DNA of 64,000 nucleotides from Bacilli bacterium (GTDB lineage Bacteria; Bacillota_I; Bacilli_A; RFN20; CAG-826): NCBI GenBank assembly GCA_031556235.1, contig JAVBTH010000001.1, positions 519,009 to 583,008 of the forward strand, read 5' to 3'. Shown piece by piece: positions 58,125 to 64,000 of this stretch (position 1 is its first letter; each line of letters starts with the position of its first letter). The notes under the pieces were generated by a model. It saw only the letters and a program-made list of their open reading frames with translations, ran no database searches and was not told where the DNA came from. The position numbers and the translations under genes were made by a program.

Positions 58125-60503
58125 ATGGGTATTATTGATAAAATATTTAGATTCGATCAACGCGCACTGAAAAAAATTAAAAAACAAAGTTTAAAAGTTC
58201 TTTCTTATGAAAAAACAATGGAAGGATTTACGGACGACCAATTAAAGGAGAAGACTGCAGAATTTAGAACCCGTTTAGCAAATGGCGAAACACTAGAACA
58301 AATCAAATTTGAGGCTTTTGCGGTTGCAAGAGAGAGCGCAAAAAGAGTTCTTAAGCAATTCCCATTCCAAGTTCAAGTTATGGGCGCTATCGTGTTAAAT
58401 CAAGGCGACGTCGCCGAAATGAGAACAGGTGAAGGTAAAACCCTTACCGCTACAATGAGCGTTTATTTAAACGCGCTTGCTGGTAAAGGCGTTCATGTTG
58501 TTACTGTCAACGAATACTTAGCCAGTCGTGACGCAGAGTGGATGGGACAAATCTACCGCTTTTTAGGTTTAACAGTTGGCGTTAATTTACGTGAGTTAAC
58601 GGTAACTGAGAAACAAGAAGCGTATAAATGTGACATCACTTATACAACTAACTCAGAATTAGGTTTCGATTATCTTCGTGATAACATGGTTCAAGATGTT
58701 AATCGTCGCGTTCTTCGCAATTTAGACTATGCAGTAATTGACGAAGCCGACTCAATTTTAATTGATGAATCACGCACACCTCTAATTATTTCGGGGGGAG
58801 CTAAATCATCTGAATCCTCATATCTAGTTGCGGATAGATTTGTAAAAACTCTAAAAAGAGACAAACATTTCGTGATTGATTTAAAATCAAAAACTTGTAA
58901 TCTAAACGATGATGGTAATAATGCAGCGGAAAGACTTTTCGGTATTAAAAATTTATATGATCCAGAATATAGTTCACTTGTGCACCGTATTCACCAAGCT
59001 TTGAAAGCAAATTATATTATGACTCGTGACGTTGAGTATATGGTTGATAGCGAAAACGAAATTCAACTTATTGACCAAAATACAGGACGTATTCTCAAAG
59101 GACGCGAGTATTCTGACGGGCTTCAACAAGCGATTCAAGCTAAAGAAGGCGTTAAGATTAAAGAAGAAACTGTGACTATGGCGACGATTACCTACCAAAA
59201 CTTTTTCCGTTTATATAAAAAGCTTTCAGGTATGACTGGTACCGCTAAAACCGAAGAAGAAGAATTTAGAAAAATTTATAATATGAGAGTTATTACGATT
59301 CCAACAAATAGAGATATTAAGCGTAATGATGCTATTGACTATATCTTTGCCACTAAAGAAGCTAAATTTAAAGCATTGGTCAAAGAAATCAAAGAAAAAC
59401 ATGAAAAGGGACAACCAATGTTGATTGGTACTGTTTCTGTCGAGTCCTCAGAATTTATGTCTAATTTACTTAGTGCCGAAAATCTACCTCACGAAGTTTT
59501 AAACGCTAAAAATCACTCCCGTGAAGCAGAAATTATTTCTCATGCTGGTGAAAAAGGTGCAATTACTATTGCAACTAACATGGCGGGACGCGGTACCGAT
59601 ATCAAGATAGATGATGAAGTCAAAGCGTTAGGAGGTCTTTGTGTATTTGGTACAGAAAGACATGAATCTAGACGTATTGACAATCAATTGCGGGGTCGGG
59701 CTGGTCGCCAAGGTGATCCAGGTTATTCAAGATTCTATGTTTCTTTTGAAGACGATTTAATGATTAGATTCGTCTCAGATGCTTATAGAAAGTTCTTCTC
59801 AAGAATGGGAGATGAACCAATCGTAAGCAGTATGGCTTCAAAAAGCATCTCAGGCGCACAAAAGCAAATTGAAGGTCAAAACTTTGATACTCGTAAGTCT
59901 CTACTAGATTACGATGATGTTTTAAGACAACAACGTGAAATTATGTATAAGAAGAGAGATAAAGTTTTATACGGCGAAGATATCCATGATCTTGTCACAG
60001 AATTCTTTGTTCAAACTGGAAAAACTTTGGCTCGTCAAGCTATTCCACAAGGAAGTAAAGAAGGACTAGTGGATGGTGAATTATTGCAAAAAGTTTTAGT
60101 TCCTAAGTATTTACCAGAAGGAGCAATTAAAGTTGCAACATTTGACCAATCACCATATGAAGAAATCGCGGATGACGTCACTTATTTCATCATGGAAGAA
60201 TACAAAAAAAGAACGACTTCGTGGGGAGAAGAAGTCACCAATGCTGTAGAAAAACAAGTCGTTTTAGGCTTGATTGATAAAAACTGGACAGGCCATATTG
60301 ATACAATTGCGAGATTACGTGAAGGTATTCACCTAAGACAATACGCACAAAGAAATCCATTACAAGATTATGTTAATGAAGGTTTTGAATTATTTAATGA
60401 AATGCTAGAAAAAATTGCGACCGAGGTAACTGTTTATTTACTTCACGCGCAAGTGCAACGCACTCCTGTTGAGCAAGAAGAACAACCAACAACAACTAAT
60501 TAA
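58125..60503 (+). CDS. secA: Preprotein translocase ATPase SecA (short form, no C-terminal zinc-binding tail)
   Basis: DEAD motor domains (MRTGEGKTL, VIDEADSILIDE), PPXD, HSD/HWD. Confidence 0.95.
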   Translation: MGIIDKIFRFDQRALKKIKKQSLKVLSYEKTMEGFTDDQLKEKTAEFRTRLANGETLEQIKFEAFAVARESAKRVLKQFPFQVQVMGAIVLNQGDVAEMRTGEGKTLTATMSVYLNALAGKGVHVVTVNEYLASRDAEWMGQIYRFLGLTVGVNLRELTVTEKQEAYKCDITYTTNSELGFDYLRDNMVQDVNRRVLRNLDYAVIDEADSILIDESRTPLIISGGAKSSESSYLVADRFVKTLKRDKHFVIDLKSKTCNLNDDGNNAAERLFGIKNLYDPEYSSLVHRIHQALKANYIMTRDVEYMVDSENEIQLIDQNTGRILKGREYSDGLQQAIQAKEGVKIKEETVTMATITYQNFFRLYKKLSGMTGTAKTEEEEFRKIYNMRVITIPTNRDIKRNDAIDYIFATKEAKFKALVKEIKEKHEKGQPMLIGTVSVESSEFMSNLLSAENLPHEVLNAKNHSREAEIISHAGEKGAITIATNMAGRGTDIKIDDEVKALGGLCVFGTERHESRRIDNQLRGRAGRQGDPGYSRFYVSFEDDLMIRFVSDAYRKFFSRMGDEPIVSSMASKSISGAQKQIEGQNFDTRKSLLDYDDVLRQQREIMYKKRDKVLYGEDIHDLVTEFFVQTGKTLARQAIPQGSKEGLVDGELLQKVLVPKYLPEGAIKVATFDQSPYEEIADDVTYFIMEEYKKRTTSWGEEVTNAVEKQVVLGLIDKNWTGHIDTIARLREGIHLRQYAQRNPLQDYVNEGFELFNEMLEKIATEVTVYLLHAQVQRTPVEQEEQPTTTN

Positions 60504-60515
60504 GGCGGATAATTA

Positions 60516-61629
60516 ATGAGAGAACTAAACGTAATAAAAGAAGGACTTGAAGAATTTGCCAAGAAGCTTAAAAAGCTGGGTGACTCACTTTGACGTTGCC
60601 TCTTTACGTTTACAAGCCACAATTTTAGAAGAGAAAATGGCGGGGGAAGAGTTTTGGAAAGAACGCGACTCCGCGATGAAAATAGTTGAAGAATTAAATG
60701 ATAAAAAAAGTCGTGTGCAGGATTTTGAGCAGATAGAAAAGCAGATAAAGGATCTTAATGATCTAATTGCGATGCTGGAAATAGAGTCTGATGAAGCGAT
60801 GCTTAGCGTTTTAGATTTAGAATTTGAAAAATTAAGCGAGGATTTTAATAATTTAAACACCTCAATCTTATTTCAAGGTGAGTTTGATAAAAATAATGTA
60901 ATTTTAGAGTTTCATCCTGGAGCGGGTGGAACTGAAAGCCAAGATTGGGCTGATATGCTCTATCGCATGTATGTAAGATGGGCAGAGCATAAAAAATTTA
61001 AGATGCAAGTTTTAGATTACCAACCTGGAGAAGAAGCAGGATTAAAAAGTGCTTCAATTCTAATTAAAGGTAAAAATGCTTTTGGTTTACTCAAAGGAGA
61101 AAAAGGTGTGCATCGATTAGTGCGCATTTCACCTTTTGATTCATCCGGAAGAAGGCACACATCATTTGCCTCTGTAAATGTCATGCCTGAAATGAATGAA
61201 AACGTCAATATTGAAATATTAGATAAAGATTTAAAAATAGACACTTACCGTAGCCAAGGCGCTGGTGGTCAAAATGTTAATAAAACTGAATCAGCGGTAA
61301 GAATAACTCACATACCGACTGGAATAGTTGTTTCCTGTCAAGTTGAGCGTTCACAGATTTCGAACCGCGAAATTGCGATGAACATGCTTCGTTCACACTT
61401 ATTCGCTTTAAAGGAACAAGAAAAACAAGCGGCTCTAGATAAAATTCGCGGAGAGCAAAAGAACATTGAATGGGGATCGCAAATACGTTCCTATGTGTTC
61501 TGTCCATATACGATGGTAAAAGACTTAAGAAGTGAGTATCAAGAAGGCGATGTCACCAAGGTGATGGATGGTCAAATTGATAAATTTATCTTAGCTTACT
61601 TAGAAATGGCGGTGAAAAATAATGCTTGA
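60516..61629 (+). CDS. prfB: Peptide chain release factor 2 with programmed +1 frameshift: join(60516..60590, 60592..61629)
   Basis: ORF0 MRELNVIKEGLEEFAKKLKKLGDSL ends at an in-frame TGA (60591-60593) within the canonical CUU UGA C slip site. The +1 frame continues DVASLRLQ... through the SPF and GGQ motifs. Confidence 0.9.
60588..60593 (+). other. RF2 autoregulatory +1 ribosomal frameshift site CTT TGA C
   Basis: Read from the sequence. An upstream SD-like GGGTGA (60577-60582) lies at the appropriate short spacing. Confidence 0.85.
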
Positions 61630-62593
61630 GAAATTAAAAAAACTAACTAAGGAAGATATTAAACAAATCGCGTGGAGATTATTCATTATTATATCTGGTA
61701 ATCTTCTTTTGGCGTTTGGCACAGCTATATTTTTAGTGCAGTGTGACATTATTGCTGGTGGCTTATCAGGGATTGGAATTATTACAAGTTCGCTTGGATG
61801 GCTCAGTGTAGATATTACTGTATTGATTCTTCAATGGGGATTCTTTCTTCTAGGTTGGTTAGTACTTGGAAAGAAATTTGCTTTCCAGACATTAATTGCT
61901 ACGATTGTTTATCCAATTGGAATTACTGTGTTTACACGTGTAATTAGTTACCAAAACATTGAATTGCTAAGATTTAGCGTAGATGCTTTAGGAGCCTTTT
62001 CTGAAACATCACTACTCATTGCAAGTATTTTTGGTGGGGCTTTGTGTGGCATTGGTGTAGCACTCAATATTATGGGTGGAGGTTCAACAGGAGGGTTAGA
62101 TATATTAGCTCTGCTTTTGAATAAAGTTACGAAAATTAAAACATCATTTTGGATGTTTGTGATAGATGCTTCAGTTATTGTCATAGGCGTATTTATCGTT
62201 AATCAAAATAATGCTTTTCTGCATTTATTGATAGGCATCTTGTGCGCATTTATTTGTGCAGTCGTTGTAGAACTTGTTATGGCTAAGCAAAACAACTGTT
62301 ACATTGCGGAAATTATTTCTGAAAAGTGGAAAGATATAAATAGATTTGTTCAGGAAGAGATGGGACGAGGTACGACAATCGTGGATGTTAAAGGTGGGTA
62401 TCAATTTCAAGATTATAAAATGATTAAGGTGGCTTTTTCTGAAGAAGAACAGTTAACTTTATTAAATGAGATTTCGGAAATTGATAAAGACGCCTTCGTT
62501 ATTTGCTGTCAAGCACACGGAATCAATGGTGAAGGATTTACGAGTTTGCCGAAAAAACGTGGACAAAGAAATAAAAACAAACAAGGAGAATAA
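61622..62593 (+). CDS. YitT-family (DUF161/DUF2179) membrane protein
   Basis: Polytopic N-terminus with the conserved AGGLSGIG motif and a C-terminal DUF2179 domain. Confidence 0.7.
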   Translation: MLEKLKKLTKEDIKQIAWRLFIIISGNLLLAFGTAIFLVQCDIIAGGLSGIGIITSSLGWLSVDITVLILQWGFFLLGWLVLGKKFAFQTLIATIVYPIGITVFTRVISYQNIELLRFSVDALGAFSETSLLIASIFGGALCGIGVALNIMGGGSTGGLDILALLLNKVTKIKTSFWMFVIDASVIVIGVFIVNQNNAFLHLLIGILCAFICAVVVELVMAKQNNCYIAEIISEKWKDINRFVQEEMGRGTTIVDVKGGYQFQDYKMIKVAFSEEEQLTLLNEISEIDKDAFVICCQAHGINGEGFTSLPKKRGQRNKNKQGE

Positions 62594-62597
62594 AAAG

Positions 62598-64000
62598 ATG
62601 TACGAAAATGAATTGCAAAAGCAAAGAAGAAAATCGCTTATTTGGGGCGGAATTTCTATGGCGAGTTTTATCGTTGGTGCGATTGGCGGAGTAATAATTG
62701 CAAGTGGTCGAAACACAAAATACGATAATGATCCAGGCATTCAAAAATTAATTGAAGCTTATGAACTTATGAAAAATCAATGGTATTTTGGTAAGGATTT
62801 TGAAAACTTCGATGATGTTTTAATTGAGAATGCATTAAATGGAATGTTAGATAACGGTGATCCTTACACATTTTATACATCTACGGAAGCAGAGCAAGGG
62901 TTGTCCACTAATAAAGCGGGATTTGGATTTTCATATTCCTTTTACGGCGGTTACCGTTATATTAATGAAGTGTATACAGGTTCACCGGCCGATACCGCAG
63001 GACTTAAAAAAGGCGATGTCATGATGGGCTTTTATAAAACCGATGATACGTTCGTTGATTTTAAAACAATGAGTCGCGATGAAGGTACGGCATCATTAAA
63101 TAACAATAATGAAAACACGATTAGATTTAAAATAATGAGAAGTAATGATGTCTCAGATTTAACGATGACACGTGGTGCTTATAGTATTGCAGGAGTAAAA
63201 TCTGAAGTTGTCGATGTAAAGGGTGAAACGGTTTTATACTTGGATATCAATACATTTTTAGATTTAGGTATACCAGCCTCAGTAAACACTGCGATAACTA
63301 ACACTCTACAAAATTCGAGCTCAATCTCAAAAATTGTATTTGATCTTAGAGATAATGGCGGAGGATATGTAAGCGCTGCGACTTCGTTAGTATCGATGTT
63401 TGCTCCCGCAGATAGTAAAATTATGTCCTATAAGTACGCGAATGGGACTACGGATGCTGTGTATAGTAGTAGCCCAATTAAAAACATTAACAAAATTGGC
63501 GATTTTTCAATTCTTCAAAACAGTAATTCGGCTTCCGCAAGCGAAATGTTTACTGTTGCTATGCGTGATTTAATTGAAAAAACAGAAGTTGTTGGAACAC
63601 AATCTTATGGTAAAGGAATCATTCAAGGCTTTCATAATTTCTCGGATGGTTCAGTTATACGCTACACAATGGCAGAATCGTTATCTCCAAAAGGATATTC
63701 AATTCATAAGATTGGCATTTCTCCTGATAAAGAAATTCCAATTGATCCAGAGGTTTTCTTTACATATTATGGAGACGAGGAAGTTTTATCAAAAGAAATG
63801 AAGAAAACTATTTTAAAACAAATCAACTATAACTTTGAGGAATCTTATGAAACTTATGAAGTAGCACTTGGCGCACTTCAAGTGAGTTTAGGCGTTGAAG
63901 TGAGTGATACTTTTACTCGCAATGTAGCGCAAGAATTACAAAAGAGTTTGTTTAATCAGTATTTAGAAATCAACGAACTAACATATAAAACTGCGATGGG
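62598..64000 (+). CDS. ctpA: Carboxyl-terminal processing protease (S41 family, CtpA/CtpB-like), 3' end outside the window
   Basis: Open frame from the ATG at 62598 (AAGGAGAA RBS) to the window end, with N-terminal TM, PDZ (GLKKGDVM), DLRDNGGG, catalytic SASASE and GKG. Missing from the ORF track because no stop falls inside the window. Confidence 0.8.
   Translation, partial: MYENELQKQRRKSLIWGGISMASFIVGAIGGVIIASGRNTKYDNDPGIQKLIEAYELMKNQWYFGKDFENFDDVLIENALNGMLDNGDPYTFYTSTEAEQGLSTNKAGFGFSYSFYGGYRYINEVYTGSPADTAGLKKGDVMMGFYKTDDTFVDFKTMSRDEGTASLNNNNENTIRFKIMRSNDVSDLTMTRGAYSIAGVKSEVVDVKGETVLYLDINTFLDLGIPASVNTAITNTLQNSSSISKIVFDLRDNGGGYVSAATSLVSMFAPADSKIMSYKYANGTTDAVYSSSPIKNINKIGDFSILQNSNSASASEMFTVAMRDLIEKTEVVGTQSYGKGIIQGFHNFSDGSVIRYTMAESLSPKGYSIHKIGISPDKEIPIDPEVFFTYYGDEEVLSKEMKKTILKQINYNFEESYETYEVALGALQVSLGVEVSDTFTRNVAQELQKSLFNQYLEINELTYKTAM

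Noticed and set aside
63574-63801. 75-aa ORF in the ORF track
   Set aside because: It lies inside, and out of frame with, the uninterrupted S41 protease (ctpA) reading frame that starts at 62598.
1-64000. CRISPR arrays, tRNA or rRNA genes, and IS/transposase or integrase genes flanking the rhs island
   Set aside because: No direct-repeat/spacer periodicity and no cloverleaf-compatible 70-90-nt GC-rich segments were seen in the intergenic regions. No transposase- or integrase-like ORFs were found. The island therefore has no visible mobility genes in this window.

Overview
Low-GC (about 32-35% by eye) Firmicutes chromosome segment, Bacilli/Erysipelotrichia-like, with strongly Bacillus-like but condensed synteny. 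The conserved blocks are mfd-spoVT-yabP-yabQ-divIC-spoIIE-tilS-ftsH, dusB-lysS, a Clp/Hsp100 ATPase, rpsF-ssb-rpsR-yybS-gdpP-rplI-dnaB(dnaC)-yycJ-rlmH, a minus-strand block dnaX-ybaB-recR-tmk-holB-ricT(yaaT)-rsmI, prfA-prmC-spoIIR-like-tsaC-rpiB, and comFA-comFC-csp-secA-prfB (with its canonical +1 frameshift) followed by a YitT-family gene and ctpA. Between the housekeeping blocks lie accessory genes: a YfhO-family membrane protein, a Cof-type HAD hydrolase, a RimK-like ATP-grasp enzyme, a catalytically degenerate UDP-glucose-dehydrogenase homologue, a rubrerythrin-PerR-Ogt-GtrA block, a flotillin/NfeD pair, and an M6/M64-like zinc-metalloprotease lipoprotein carrying an in-frame hexanucleotide repeat. 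The standout is an island at about 42.8-51.5 kb, inserted between the dnaX block and prfA. It holds a giant (2085 aa) Rhs/YD-repeat protein with no visible signal peptide, an internal CBM4/9-like beta-sandwich, a divergent Rhs core, and a novel-looking C-terminal glycine-zipper (membrane-active?) toxin domain. A small two-TM putative immunity protein and a strong terminator follow it. Three uncharacterised genes (small HTH protein, small membrane protein, 237-aa protein) and two structured leader regions precede it. No rRNA, tRNA or CRISPR were found.
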